Below, piece by piece: positions 38,710 through 49,288 of a DNA stretch of 64,000 nucleotides. The first letter of the stretch is position 1, and each line of letters opens with the position of its first letter. Made by a program: the position numbers and the translations under genes. The notes beneath the pieces are model-generated. The model searched no databases. It saw nothing but the letters and a program-made list of their open reading frames with translations, and was not told where the DNA came from. The stretch is from positions 410,252 through 474,251 of the forward strand of contig CAWHQC010000031.1 of assembly GCA_963831425.1 (NCBI GenBank), read 5' to 3'. Origin of the DNA: an uncultured Gemmatimonadales bacterium. Lineage in GTDB: Bacteria > Gemmatimonadota > Gemmatimonadetes > Gemmatimonadales > GWC2-71-9.

Positions 38710-39488
38710 CGCTGCTTGAAGTCGGCGATGACGCCTGCGTGCTCCTGATACTCCACCCGGTTCGCACGCATTTCGGCATCGTAGTGGGTCAGGAAGTCGC
38801 GGCCGGCGCGGCCGGCGGCGGCGGTGTCGCCCTGGAGGTCGGCGGCGGCGCCGCGCACGAGATAGCCGAACAGGTGGCCGGGGGTGCGCGCCAGGATGGT
38901 ATCGGCCAGGGCGAGCGCGCCGGGCACGTCGCCGACCTGGAGTCGGAGTACGGCGGCGTGATAGCGCGCGTCCGCGTCCACCGAGTCGAGCTGCGCGTAG
39001 GCGCCGAGCGCCATCGGGGTGAACCGCACGACCTGGGCGCTGTCGCCCGACTCCGCCGCCTGCATGATCCGGTTGAACAGCCGGTCGAACCGCTCACGCG
39101 GGGTCATCCGGCTGATGTCGGGCGCCGGGCCGGCCGGGCCCTGGCTTCCGAGCGCCTCCGCGCTCGCGGCGCCGGTGTTGGCCATGTCGGGGGCGACCGG
39201 CGCGGGCGGACGCCAGATCCGGAACAGAATCATCGCCAGGAGCGCGACGCACAGCGCTCCCGCCACGATCCACGCCCGCCGCTCACGGGCCGGCAGGGCG
39301 GCGGGCGCCGGGAACGCCGGAGCAGCACCGGCGGGCCGGCCGCAGCGGTGGCAGAAGCGCGCCTGAGGCGACAGGTCGGCCCGGCAGGCGGCGCAGGTAC
39401 GCGCGACCAGGCTCGCGCCGCAGGCGCCGCAGAAGTTGCCCGTGCCGGGCGTGCCGCAGGCGGGGCAGGGAGAAGGGGAGTCCGTCAT
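38661..39488 (-). CDS. Double zinc-ribbon membrane protein with helical C-terminal domain
   Basis: CPAC..CGAC..CAAC..CHRC followed by a TM segment (WIVAGALCVALLAMILF). Confidence 0.8.
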   Translation of the reverse strand: MTDSPSPCPACGTPGTGNFCGACGASLVARTCAACRADLSPQARFCHRCGRPAGAAPAFPAPAALPARERRAWIVAGALCVALLAMILFRIWRPPAPVAPDMANTGAASAEALGSQGPAGPAPDISRMTPRERFDRLFNRIMQAAESGDSAQVVRFTPMALGAYAQLDSVDADARYHAAVLRLQVGDVPGALALADTILARTPGHLFGYLVRGAAADLQGDTAAAGRAGRDFLTHYDAEMRANRVEYQEHAGVIADFKQRTEGGEGRKDGKTERR

Positions 39489-39607
39489 CGCGGGGGAAGC
39501 GTAACCGGGTCCGCGGGCGGGGGAAAGATCGACCGCCCCCTTACCGGGGCAGGCTTCGGCAGATTTCTTTACCGCTCACCCACGACCCCAGCGGGAGATC
39601 GGATTCC

Positions 39608-41008
39608 ATGGTGCACGTCAAGCAGCAGCCGAGCGACTCGGCGGGACCGCCCAGCCTGGAGGGCTTTCCGGACGACCTGAGCGGCGCGGGTCGGGACGAT
39701 CTGCTGGAGCTGTCGCGGCGCTTCGGCGTCGACTTCATCCGGCTGCAGTTCACCGACATCATGGGCATCAACAAGAATATCGAGGTGCCCCGCAGCCAGT
39801 TCGCCAAGGCGCTCGATGGCGAGATGATGTTCGACGGCTCCTCGATCGAGGGCTTCGTCCGGATCGAGGAGTCGGACATGCTGCTGAAGCCCGATCTGGG
39901 AACCTTCCGCATCCTGCCCTACGAGGATGAGGGCGGGCGGGTGGCCCGGCTGCTGTGCGACATCTACACGCCGGACGAGGAGCCGTTTGCCGGGTGTCCC
40001 CGGACGACGCTCAAGCGGCAGCTCGCCCGGGCCAAGAAGCTGGGCTTTACGATGATGGCGGGGTGCGAGGCGGAGTTCTTCCTGTTCGAGAAGGCGCCGG
40101 ACGGGTCGGCGACCCTGACGACGCACGACTCGGCGTCCTACTTCGATCTCGGCCCGCTCGACAAGGGGGAGGAGATCCGGCGGGTGATCGTGGAGCAGCT
40201 CGAGCGGATGGGATTCGAGGTGGAGGCGGCGCACCACGAAGTGGCCACCGGGCAGCACGAGATCGATTTCCGATATGCCGACGCGCTGGTCACCGCCGAC
40301 AATCTCACCACCTTCAAGTTCATCGTCCGCAACGTCGCCAACCGGTACGGCTACATCGCCTCCTTCATGCCGAAGCCGATTCAGGGAGTGAACGGCAGCG
40401 GCATGCACACCCACCAGTCGCTGTTCCGGGGAAAGGACAACGCCTTTTTCGATCCCAAGAGCGAGTATCAGCTCTCGAAGGTCGCGCTGAGCTACATCGA
40501 GGGGCTGCTGCAGCATGCACGCGGCTTCTGCGCGATCACCAACCCGCTGATCAACAGCTACAAGCGGCTGGTGCCGGGCTACGAGGCGCCGAGCAACGTG
40601 GCCTGGTCTACCCGAAACCGTTCCCCGCTGGTGCGAATTCCCGACCGGCGCGGGCTGGGCACCCGGTGCGAGCTCCGCATGCCGGACCCGGCGTGCAACC
40701 CGTACCTCGCGCTGACGGTGCAGCTCGCCGCCGGGCTCGACGGGATCGAGCGGAAGCTCACCGCGCGCCAACCGGTCCACCGGAACATCTTTACGATGAG
40801 CTTCCGGGACCGGCGCAAGTTCCGGATCGACGAGCTGCCGCGCGATCTCCACGAAGCGCTGGAGCTATTCGAGAAGGACCGGGTGATCAAGGAAGCACTG
40901 GGCGCGCATCTGACGGAGCGCTTTCTCGAGGCCAAGCGGAACGAGGTGCTGCAGTACAACCTGCAGGTGAGCCAGTGGGAGATCGATACGTATCTGGGGA
41001 GGTATTGA
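39608..41008 (+). CDS. glnA: Glutamine synthetase type I
   Basis: FDGSSIEGF, HHEVATGQHEI, FMPKPIQGVNGSGMH, NSYKRLVPGYEAP, ELRMPDP. Confidence 0.96.
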   Translation: MVHVKQQPSDSAGPPSLEGFPDDLSGAGRDDLLELSRRFGVDFIRLQFTDIMGINKNIEVPRSQFAKALDGEMMFDGSSIEGFVRIEESDMLLKPDLGTFRILPYEDEGGRVARLLCDIYTPDEEPFAGCPRTTLKRQLARAKKLGFTMMAGCEAEFFLFEKAPDGSATLTTHDSASYFDLGPLDKGEEIRRVIVEQLERMGFEVEAAHHEVATGQHEIDFRYADALVTADNLTTFKFIVRNVANRYGYIASFMPKPIQGVNGSGMHTHQSLFRGKDNAFFDPKSEYQLSKVALSYIEGLLQHARGFCAITNPLINSYKRLVPGYEAPSNVAWSTRNRSPLVRIPDRRGLGTRCELRMPDPACNPYLALTVQLAAGLDGIERKLTARQPVHRNIFTMSFRDRRKFRIDELPRDLHEALELFEKDRVIKEALGAHLTERFLEAKRNEVLQYNLQVSQWEIDTYLGRY

Positions 41009-41131
41009 GCGGGCGGGCGGGCGGTCAACGGCCCGGCGGTCAGGCGGTCGGGGCACCTCGAGTCGCGGGGAAGCGTCTTCCGCCGAGAGGCGGACCGCCC
41101 GGCCGCGTGACCGCCTGACCGCCCGCCCGTC
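41008..41131. repeat. Inverted octamer array (GGCGGTCA)n / (TGACCGCC)n between convergent genes
   Basis: GGCGGTCA-like units at 41020-41050 and TGACCGCC-like units at 41092-41123, flanked by GGGCGG/CCGCCC. Confidence 0.75.
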
Positions 41132-41818
41132 TCACCCCGCGCTCGTCAGCGCCAGCGTGATCCGCCCGAAGGGCAGCGGCAGCTCCATCTCGACCGGCAG
41201 TCGTCGAGCGTCATCGGTCATCCCGACGCTCATCCGGAGCGAGCGCGAGGTGACTTCGAGCTGCAGCACCGGCGCAGTGCCGCCGCCGGGGAGTGCCCGC
41301 ACGTCGCGGCTCACCACGCGCACCTGAATCGGGTTGTAGCCGGTCTTGAAATAGCGCGGGAACTGGTAGGTGGCGCCCAGCTTGAGCGGGACCGTCCGCA
41401 GGTAGTACAGGAACGCGAGCTCGTCCAGCGGATCGCTGGGCGCCTGCCAGTCCTGCGGGTTACCCTCTTCCCGGTATCGGCTCGAATCGGGGATGATCTC
41501 GTACTGCGACTCCTCGACCCGGCTGCCCTGGAAGAAGCGGCGGTGGAACCGGAGCGAGTTGAAGCCGCGGCTACCGACGTAGGAGGTGAGCTCGGCCCCC
41601 ACCCGGATGCCCATCGGCCGGCCCTGGCCCGTGGCTTCGAAGACGAATGCTTCCCGCCCGCGTTCGCGCGTCATCGGGTTGACCGTCATTCTGGCGGTGC
41701 CGATCGGGATCATCCCGAGCGTCGCGTCGTACTGCAGCGTCTCGCCGACGGTGAAGGGGAGGGGGACGGCCAGGCGTGCGAGCAAGGCCGCGTGGACGAG
41801 CAGCGGGGCGAGCGGCAT
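41132..41818 (-). CDS. DUF3108-like protein
   Basis: PFTVGETLQY, IGTARM, LDELAFLYYLR, DDARRLPV, PFGRI. Confidence 0.75.
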   Translation of the reverse strand: MPLAPLLVHAALLARLAVPLPFTVGETLQYDATLGMIPIGTARMTVNPMTRERGREAFVFEATGQGRPMGIRVGAELTSYVGSRGFNSLRFHRRFFQGSRVEESQYEIIPDSSRYREEGNPQDWQAPSDPLDELAFLYYLRTVPLKLGATYQFPRYFKTGYNPIQVRVVSRDVRALPGGGTAPVLQLEVTSRSLRMSVGMTDDARRLPVEMELPLPFGRITLALTSAG

Positions 41819-41877
41819 GTGCGATCCTGTGATGAAAGCTGTTGGACGATAATCGACCTGGACGGCACGCGACAACC

Positions 41878-42654
41878 ATGCCAGCCCCCGCCGGCTACCT
41901 CTTCGATCTCGAGGGCACGCTCTACACCGCCGGCGCCGTGATGCCCGGCGCGGCGGAGACGCTCGCGCGGCTCCGCGCGCGGCAGGTGCCGTTCCGCCTG
42001 GTCACCAACACAACGAGCCGCTCCCGGCGCGTGCTGGTCGAACGGCTCGCCCGCTATGGCTTCGCGGTGGCCGCGGAGGAGATCGTGACTGCCACGCGTG
42101 CCGGGGTGGAGCTGCTGCGGACGGGCGGGTACGCGCGCGTGGCGCCGTTCGTCCCCGCGGGGGCGCTGGAGGACATGGCCGGGCTCGCTCTGGCCGGCGG
42201 CACCTCGGGCCGCCCCAGAGCGGCGGCCGATGCCGTGGTGGTCGGCGACCTGGGCGAGGGCTGGACCTTCGCGCTGCTGCAGGAGGCCTTCGAGCAGCTC
42301 ACCGCCGGGGCCGCGCTCATCGCCCTCTCGCGCGACCGCTACTTCCGTCAAGGTGCGCGGCTGACGCTCGACGCGGGCCCCTTCGTGACCGCCCTCGAGT
42401 ATGCCGCGGGGGTGGCGGCCACGGTGGCCGGCAAGCCGAGCGCCACGTTCTTCGAGGCCGCGGTGCGCAGTCTTGGGGTGCCGCCCGACCGGGTCGCGAT
42501 GGTCGGTGACGATCTCCGGTCCGACGTGGAGGGCGCGCAGCGTGCCGGGCTGCAGGGCTGGCTGGTGCGCACCGGCAAGTTCCGCGAGGAGGAGCTCCGC
42601 GGCGGCACGATCAGTCCGGATCGGATCCTCTCCAGCGTGGCCGACGTAGGCTGA
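41878..42654 (+). CDS. HAD-superfamily class IIA hydrolase (LHPP/HDHD2-like)
   Basis: FDLEGTLY, VTNTT, GKPS, MVGDDLRSDVEGA, VRTGKF. Confidence 0.9.
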   Translation: MPAPAGYLFDLEGTLYTAGAVMPGAAETLARLRARQVPFRLVTNTTSRSRRVLVERLARYGFAVAAEEIVTATRAGVELLRTGGYARVAPFVPAGALEDMAGLALAGGTSGRPRAAADAVVVGDLGEGWTFALLQEAFEQLTAGAALIALSRDRYFRQGARLTLDAGPFVTALEYAAGVAATVAGKPSATFFEAAVRSLGVPPDRVAMVGDDLRSDVEGAQRAGLQGWLVRTGKFREEELRGGTISPDRILSSVADVG

Positions 42655-42679
42655 GGGTGGTGGTATCTTTCCGGCCCTC

Positions 42680-44277
42680 GTGACTGGAGTGCCTTTGCGG
42701 TTTTGGCGCGTCCTGCCGCTGCTCGCCATCCTGCTTCCCGTTCGCCTTGCCGCCCAGGCATCGGCGGACGACACCGTGCGCGCCATCGTGCTGGACCGCC
42801 GGGACATCTTCGATCCCGACGAGCGGGGATGGATCGCCCGGGTGGGAAACGCGCTGCATGTGGAGACGCGGGCCGCGACGATCCGCCGCGAGCTGCTCTT
42901 CCGCGCGGGCGAGCCGTTCGACTCCGCCAGGGTGGCCGAGTCGGAGCGCAACCTCCGCGCGCTCGGCGTCTTTCGCCGGGTGGTGATCGATACCATCCGC
43001 ACCGATTCGGGTCTCGTCGCGCGGGTCCTCACCAAGGACGGCTGGAGCACCAAGGCCGACTGGCGTTTCAGGAGCACCGGGGGCGAGGTCGCGTTCACCA
43101 TCGGGCTGGTGGAGGACAATCTGCTCGGGACGGCGTCGTCGGCGGCCGTGCGCTACCGCAAGACCCCGGACCGCTCGACGGTGACGCTCGCGCTCCGGCG
43201 CCCGCGACTCTTCGCCGGCTCGGTGGGGCTGGGACTGGAGTACGAGGACCGCTCCGACGGCCGCCTCGCCGGGCTCACCCTCGAGCAGCCGTTCTACTCG
43301 CTGAGCTCGGCCGCGGGGTTCCGGTTCGACACGGAAGACCGGGACGAGCGGGTGCTGCGCTTCTTCAACGGCGCGAACGTGGCGCGGGATACGATCTCGC
43401 ATCGCTATACCCTCGTCCGCGCGTCCGCCGCGCGGGCGCTCCGGGCCGCTCGCCGAGGGATATCTCCGGGTCGGCGTCGAGGCCCAGGTACGCCGCGAGG
43501 ACTTCCGGCCGGAGACATCGACCGTCCCGTTCGGGAAGACGATTACCGGCGCCGCCGGGACCGTACCTGGCCTGGAGCCGCGCGAACTATCTCGTGACCC
43601 GCGGCTTCGCGGGGTTCGCGCGCGAGGAGGACGTGGATCTCGGCCTCACCCTCCGGCTCGGTCTGCTCGCGGCACCCAGGCTCTTCGGTTACGACCGCGA
43701 CGGCATCGGACCGCAGCTCGCCGCCCGGCTGGGCGCGAGGCTGCCGAGCGGGTTCGGCTATCTCGAAGCCGCCGGAGGCGGCGTGTTCAACGCCGGCGGG
43801 CTCGACAGCGGCTCGGTCCAGCTCGCGGCGACGGCGGTCCTCAAGCCCCAGCGGCACCAGGTGGGCATCGTTCACGTCGAAGCCGGCTGGCTCAAGAATC
43901 CGGTGCCGGGCGCGGAGTTCGATCTCGGGCTCGGCACCGGCCCGCGGGCGTTCCGAAGCCACGCGTTTACCGGTGACCGCACATACTTCGCCACGGCCGA
44001 GTATCGGGTCACCGTGGTGGAGGACTTTCTCGGCATGGTCGGGCTGGGATTCGCCGGGTTCGTGGACCACGGAGGTGCCTGGTACTCGGGCTCCCCGCGA
44101 CGCACGGGCTGGGACGCGGGGCTCGGACTTCGGCTTGGCGCGAGCCGGTCCACCGATACCGAGGCGCTCCGATTCGACCTGGCGCGGCGGTTCGGCAATG
44201 ACTCCCAGGGCCCCGGCTGGGTGGTCACGGTGGGCAAGGGGTTCGTCTTCTCGTCGCTCGGCCGGATTCCGCTGTGA
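42680..44277 (+). CDS. BamA/TamA-like outer-membrane protein (POTRA + barrel), frameshifted
   Basis: TIRRELLFRAGE...ESERNLRALGVF, EDNLLGT, TAEYR, GFVDHG, GLGLR. Confidence 0.8.
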
Positions 44278-44292
44278 GCGGGGGGCCGCGTC

Positions 44293-44421
44293 TCACGCCG
44301 GCGCGTGCAGGAGCACCCGGGTCAGGAGCACGGCCACGATGATGACGAGAACGATCAGCAGGGCCAGCGCCAGGACCGTGATCCCTCGCCGGCCCCGGCC
44401 AGACGCGCTACCGAGGCGCAT
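44293..44421 (-). CDS. 42-aa single-TM small protein
   Basis: GGAG RBS; MRLGSASGRGRRGITVLALALLIVLVIIVAVLLTRVLLHAPA; below the ORF-track cutoff. Confidence 0.55.
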   Translation of the reverse strand: MRLGSASGRGRRGITVLALALLIVLVIIVAVLLTRVLLHAPA

Positions 44422-44493
44422 GTCGCACTCCAGTCAATGGTCAGCGGATAGTATGCGCTGGCGCGGCGGTTCACCAGCGCCCGCGGCCCGGCG

Positions 44494-45378
44494 ATGATGG
44501 ACATCGCGGTGGTGCTCAACCCCGGTTCCGGCAACGACGATCGCGGGACCTCCTCCGAGCAGCTCACCGCGCTGTTCGCCGACCGCGGGCGCCCGGCGAC
44601 GATCCTGCCGGTCCGGCAGGGTACGACCATCGCCGCCCAGGCGCGGGCGGCCATCGCCTCGGGGTGCCGCGTGCTGGTGGCCGCCGGCGGCGACGGCACC
44701 GTGAGCGCGGTCGGCGGCGTCGCGGTGGGCGGCGAGGTGCCGCTCGGGGTGCTGCCGATCGGCACGCTCAACCACTTCGCGAAGGACCTGGGTCTTCCAC
44801 TCGGCCTGCCGGAGGCAGCCGACGTCGTGACCGGCGGAACGGTGAGACGGGTGGACGTCGGCGAGGTCAATGGCCGGATGTTTCTCAACAACTCGAGCCT
44901 GGGCGTGTACCCTCGCATCGTCGAGCTGCGAACGCGCTACGGTGGACGGGGGCTGGCCAAGTGGATGGCCGCACTGTGGGCCACGCTCGCGGTGCTCCGG
45001 CGTCGGCCGTTCCTCAGCGTGCGGATCCGCACGGCCGAGGAGGACGTCGTTCGCCGCACTCCATTCGTGTTCGTCGGCAACAATGAATACCGCATGAGCG
45101 GACTGCATGGCGCGTCGCGCGAGTCGCTGACGGGCGGCAGGCTCGCCGTCTACGTGATGGATGCCTCGCGACGCCCGAGTCTGTTGCGGCTGGGTTGGGA
45201 GGTGTTCCGGCGGGGGCCCGAGCAGGTGCGCGAGCTCGAGCTCCTCCGGGTGACGGAGGCCGTGGTAGAGACCGGGCGGCACGCGATCAAGGTGGCGCTC
45301 GACGGCGAGGTGGTCGTCCTCGCCTCACCGCTCGCGTATCGGGTGCGGCCGGAAGCCCTGGCCGTACTGGCACCCTGA
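44494..45378 (+). CDS. Diacylglycerol/lipid kinase family (YegS-like)
   Basis: NPGSG, AGGDGTV, LPIGTLNHFAKDLG, FLNNSSLG, LDGE. Confidence 0.92.
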   Translation: MMDIAVVLNPGSGNDDRGTSSEQLTALFADRGRPATILPVRQGTTIAAQARAAIASGCRVLVAAGGDGTVSAVGGVAVGGEVPLGVLPIGTLNHFAKDLGLPLGLPEAADVVTGGTVRRVDVGEVNGRMFLNNSSLGVYPRIVELRTRYGGRGLAKWMAALWATLAVLRRRPFLSVRIRTAEEDVVRRTPFVFVGNNEYRMSGLHGASRESLTGGRLAVYVMDASRRPSLLRLGWEVFRRGPEQVRELELLRVTEAVVETGRHAIKVALDGEVVVLASPLAYRVRPEALAVLAP

Positions 45379-45547
45379 GCCGCCGCTCCCGCGAGGCAGG
45401 TTGCCTTCCGGGGTTCGCGGGGACATGTTCCACCGGTTCCCCCACCTCCTCTGACCGGCCAGCTCGTCCCCCCCGGTCCCCGCGAAGTCGCCCGCACATC
45501 CTGGGGATCCGACGCGCAGAGGACAATTCCCGCTGCCGGAGAGCCGC

Positions 45548-47140
45548 ATGCGTCGTCTGCGTATAGGCATACTGGACCTGGTCACGAAGAGCCCCAATCC
45601 ATCATTGTACGGCCGCATCATGAACGCCAACCTCGCCAGCATCATGCCTCAGGTGATCGGCGTCTGGTGCGAGCAGGAGGGTCACGATGTGACCCTCGGT
45701 GTGTTATACCGGTCTTGAGGACCTGCTCGAGGAGCTGCCGAAGGATCTGGACGTGCTCTTCGTCGGGGCCTTCACGCAGTCGGCGCTTCTGGCCTACGCG
45801 GTGAGCAATCTGTTCCGGCGCACGGGCACCGTCACCGTACTCGGCGGGCCGCACGCGCGGTGCTACCCGGAGGATGCGCGGAAGTACTTCGACTACGTGC
45901 TGGGGTTCACCGACCGGAGCGTGGTCGCGGAGATGCTGCGGGACTGTCAACCCCACCGGCCGTACGGGGCACACCTCTCGGCGGCCTCACAGCCGCTCGA
46001 ACTGCCCACGCTGCGTGAGCGCTGGAAGTTCACCGAGGCCGTCCTGACCAAGGCGCCGACGATCAAGATCGTCCCGATGATCGGGAGCCTGGGGTGTCCC
46101 TATAGCTGCGCCTTCTGCATCGACTCGACGGTGGAATATCAGCCGCTCGGCTTCGAGAGTCTGCGGGACGACCTGGCATTTCTGCTGACCAAGATGAAGA
46201 ACCCGATCGTCGGGTGGCACGACCCCAATTTCGGGGTGCGGTTCGACGATTACATGGGGGCGGTGGAGGCGGCGGTCCCGCCGGGGCGGATGCGCCATAT
46301 CGCGGAGAGCAGTTTGTCGCTGCTGGCGGAGCCGCATCTCAAGCGGCTCAAGGCGAACGGCTTCCGCGCCATCCTTCCCGGTATCGAGTCCTGGTTCGAT
46401 CTAGGGAACAAATCGAAGACGCGGCTCACCGGGATGGACAAGGTCCGGCAGGTCGCGGATCACGTGAACATGATCCTGCGCTACATCCCGTATATCCAGA
46501 CCAACTTCGTGCTGGGTCTCGACGGCGACCGGGGCCCGGAGCCGTTCGAGCTGACCAAGACGTTCATCGATCTGGCGCCGGGCGCGTTCCCGGCCTACTC
46601 GCTGCTGTCGGCGTTCGGCCGGGCGGCGCCGCTCAACCTCGAGTACCAGCGCACCGGGCGCGTGCTCCCGTTCCCGTTCCACTTCCTCAACAACAACCAC
46701 GCGATGAACGTCCGGCCGAAGAACTACGCGTGGCCCGAGTTCTACGACGGCCTGGTCGACGTGACCCGTCACTCGTTCTCGTTGCGGGCCATCGCAAAGC
46801 GCATCCCGGCCACCGCGACGGCGATCCCCAAGTGGATGAACGTCGTGCGCGCGATGTCATCCGAGGGTTGGGGACGCATCCGGTATCACACCACCATCCG
46901 GAAGCTGCTCGACACGGACGCATCGGTGCGGGCCTATATGGACGGGGAAACCACGGTGCTGCCGGAGTTCTACGTGAACCGCATCCGGCGGGAGCTGGGG
47001 TCGATGTATCAGCACCTCCCGGAAGGCGCGATGTACCATGATCCCAACGCCTATCTCGCCACCGCCGGGGACCAGGCCGAACCGGTGTCCATCGGCGGAC
47101 GGGGCAAGCGCAAGGCGAAGCTCGAGGCGGGAGCCTCACT
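45548..47140 (+). CDS. B12-binding radical SAM protein (frameshift near 45700; true stop unclear)
   Basis: VLGGPHA (B12-binding), GCPYSCAFC (CxxxCxxC), GIES, NFVLGLD. Confidence 0.85.
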
Positions 47141-47378
47141 CGTCGGCGAGGCGGGTCCGCATGTTGATCCAGGAGCCGACCCGCTTCCGCCCGCCGCGGA
47201 ACTCGAAGTGTCCCTCCGCCATCAGCCGCTCTCCCTGCGGGGTCGCCGGGGCGGTCAGATGCCACAGCAGCAACTGCTGGCCGATGGCCGACGCCGCCAT
47301 CCAGACCCCCGGCTGTACGCCGGGGTAGAGCGCGGCGTATTCGGGCTTGAGCCGAGCCTCGCGGATGTTGCTCTGCAC
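47136..47378 (-). CDS. Small hypothetical protein
   Basis: GGAGGAG RBS; IREARLKPEYAALYPG...HFEFRGG; GC3-biased codons. Confidence 0.7.
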   Translation of the reverse strand: MQSNIREARLKPEYAALYPGVQPGVWMAASAIGQQLLLWHLTAPATPQGERLMAEGHFEFRGGRKRVGSWINMRTRLADE

Positions 47379-47432
47379 GCTGCTCCTCCGTCAGGGTTGA
47401 CGCTGCTTCCCGGGGCCGCTCTCTTGTGGTCC

Positions 47433-47777
47433 ATGGACGACGCCGCGGCCGACACTCTCTGCAAGCGGGCGATGGTGGAGCTGGTTTTCCTGCTGGCCCA
47501 CCAGCGGCAGCCGAAGACGCGGGAGCGCCGCGACTGGTCGCTCCTCAGAAGCCTGGTCCGCGAGGCGCTCGCCGCGGCGCCCAGGCCGGATCAACTGCAG
47601 GAAGGCCCGTGGCATGTGGGGCAGCGTCCGCTCCGCAAGCCGGGCCGCCATGGCCTTCGGTTCGTTCCGCTCGTCACCCGCGGCACCACCCAATTCATGA
47701 TGCCCACCCCGGCGGAGGCCGAGGAGCTGGTGGCGTTTCTCAACTGGTGCGGAATGCCGGAGCTCGGAGAGCGTTAG
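47433..47777 (+). CDS. Hypothetical protein
   Basis: ATG at 47433, in frame with the run-on radical SAM ORF; distinct coding-like segment. Confidence 0.6.
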   Translation: MDDAAADTLCKRAMVELVFLLAHQRQPKTRERRDWSLLRSLVREALAAAPRPDQLQEGPWHVGQRPLRKPGRHGLRFVPLVTRGTTQFMMPTPAEAEELVAFLNWCGMPELGER

Positions 47778-47828
47778 GCGATGATGCCGAAGATGCTGCC
47801 GGAACCGGCTGGGCGGAAGGGCTCCGCG

Positions 47829-48461
47829 TCAGGCCGCCGGTGGGATGGTGAAGCAGCACTGCGGCTTTGATCCCTGATGGCAGCACTGGCCAACCTGCAC
47901 CCCCGTGATATCCGACAGGAGCGCCTGGACCATGCGGCAGGTCTCGGGCCGCTGTGAGACGGCTACGGAGAGCGGACAGCCGCACCCCCGCACCAGGAAG
48001 CCGCCGTCGCTCGACTCCAGTGAAGCATCACCACCGAGATCATTGAGCAGGGTCACCGCCTCGAGGGCGCGGCCCTCGAGCGTGCCGCGCCGCGGGACGG
48101 TGGCCGCGAGACGACGGCCGACCGCCGCCAGCAGGGCCTCCGTCTCCTGGTCCGGCAGCCGCTCGACCAACTCCTCCAGCAGCGCTGCCAATACCGGCGC
48201 GTAGGCCCGCGAGAGGCGGAGCTCCGCTTCCGCGGTAGGCTCGTAGACAACCGCGGGCTTTCCGGCCCCCGGGCCGCGACGCAGACCCTCCTGCTTGACC
48301 AGCCCATCCCGCTCCAGCGTGGCGAGATGCGCGCGAATGGCGTTGTCGGTGAGCCCCAGGCCACCGGCCAGTTCTTCGACCGTGCGGGCGCCGCGGCGCA
48401 GCAGGCCAAGCACCTGGCCGCGAGTGGATTCCATGAAGCGCTTGGACAGACCGGGTAGCAT
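47829..48461 (-). CDS. ArsR-like HTH regulator with C-terminal Cys motif (COG2345/SufR-like)
   Basis: TVEELAGGLGLTDNAIRAHLATLERDGLV...GKPAVVY; GCGCPL..ETC..CCHQGSKPQCCF. Confidence 0.85.
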   Translation of the reverse strand: MLPGLSKRFMESTRGQVLGLLRRGARTVEELAGGLGLTDNAIRAHLATLERDGLVKQEGLRRGPGAGKPAVVYEPTAEAELRLSRAYAPVLAALLEELVERLPDQETEALLAAVGRRLAATVPRRGTLEGRALEAVTLLNDLGGDASLESSDGGFLVRGCGCPLSVAVSQRPETCRMVQALLSDITGVQVGQCCHQGSKPQCCFTIPPAA

Positions 48462-48520
48462 GCGGGCTCGCTCCGAAGACTGACTCCTCGGAATGTAGCC
48501 AGGCATGGCCCTGGGTCAAG

Positions 48521-48544
48521 TTTGTCAAGCAATATCTTGACAAA
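48521..48544. promoter_or_regulatory. Perfect 9-6-9 palindrome overlapping divergent -35 boxes
   Basis: TTTGTCAAG-CAATAT-CTTGACAAA; TTGACA on both strands; CATTGT 17 nt downstream on the + strand. Confidence 0.75.
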
Positions 48545-48601
48545 TTGCGTCTGCGGGTGCATTGTGGAAGCGCAGGCCCCACCCACCCAACCGGAGGCTG
48601 T

Positions 48602-49159
48602 ATGCGCAGGTCACACATCATCGCCGCTCTTGGCCTTGCTTTCCCGCTCGTCACTGGCGCCGCTCTCCAGGGCGCGCCGGCCACCCGGACCGACGCCCCC
48701 GGCCTCGATGACGCCACCATCGTGGCCATCTTCGACGCCGCCAACACCGCCGATATCGAGACCGGCACCCTGGCCGCCGAGCGTGGCGCGAGCAAGGAAG
48801 TCCGGACATTCGGAGCCATGCTGGCCCGGGACCACAAGCAGGTCCGGCAGCAGGGGCGGGATCTTGCCGCCAGGCTGCACGTGACGCCCACACCACCCGC
48901 CGATGACCAGGGCGCGAAGGCGCACGCGGCGGCGCTTGCCCAACTGCGGTCGCTCAAGGGCGCGGCTTTCGACCACGCCTTCCTCGAGCACGAGTACACC
49001 TTCCATCGGGACGTGATCGACGCGATCCAGAAGACACTGCTCCCCGCGATCCAGAACGAGGAGCTGAAGGCGCTGGTCGTGAAGGTCGCGCCGGCGTTCC
49101 AGGCGCACATGCAGATGGCGCAGCAGCTCGAGAAGCAGCTCGCCAGCGGCACGAACTGA
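48602..49159 (+). CDS. DUF4142 ferritin-like secreted protein
   Basis: GGAGG RBS, signal peptide, ANTADIETG, FGAMLARDH, GAAFDHAF, HMQMA. Confidence 0.85.
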   Translation: MRRSHIIAALGLAFPLVTGAALQGAPATRTDAPGLDDATIVAIFDAANTADIETGTLAAERGASKEVRTFGAMLARDHKQVRQQGRDLAARLHVTPTPPADDQGAKAHAAALAQLRSLKGAAFDHAFLEHEYTFHRDVIDAIQKTLLPAIQNEELKALVVKVAPAFQAHMQMAQQLEKQLASGTN

Positions 49160-49288
49160 GCACGGGCGGGTCGCCGGTTTTCCATTGGAGCGATCCGGCG
49201 GCCCGCGTCAACTCGGCTTCATCCGGGCTTCCGCAAGATTTCACAGGCCGGGCGCATCTTGGACGAATGGACCTCCCAAACGTCCCCG

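Noticed and set aside
41896-41925. HAD motif DLEGT (second Asp replaced) as an inactive enzyme
   Set aside because: LHPP/HDHD2-type class IIA enzymes naturally lack the second Asp.
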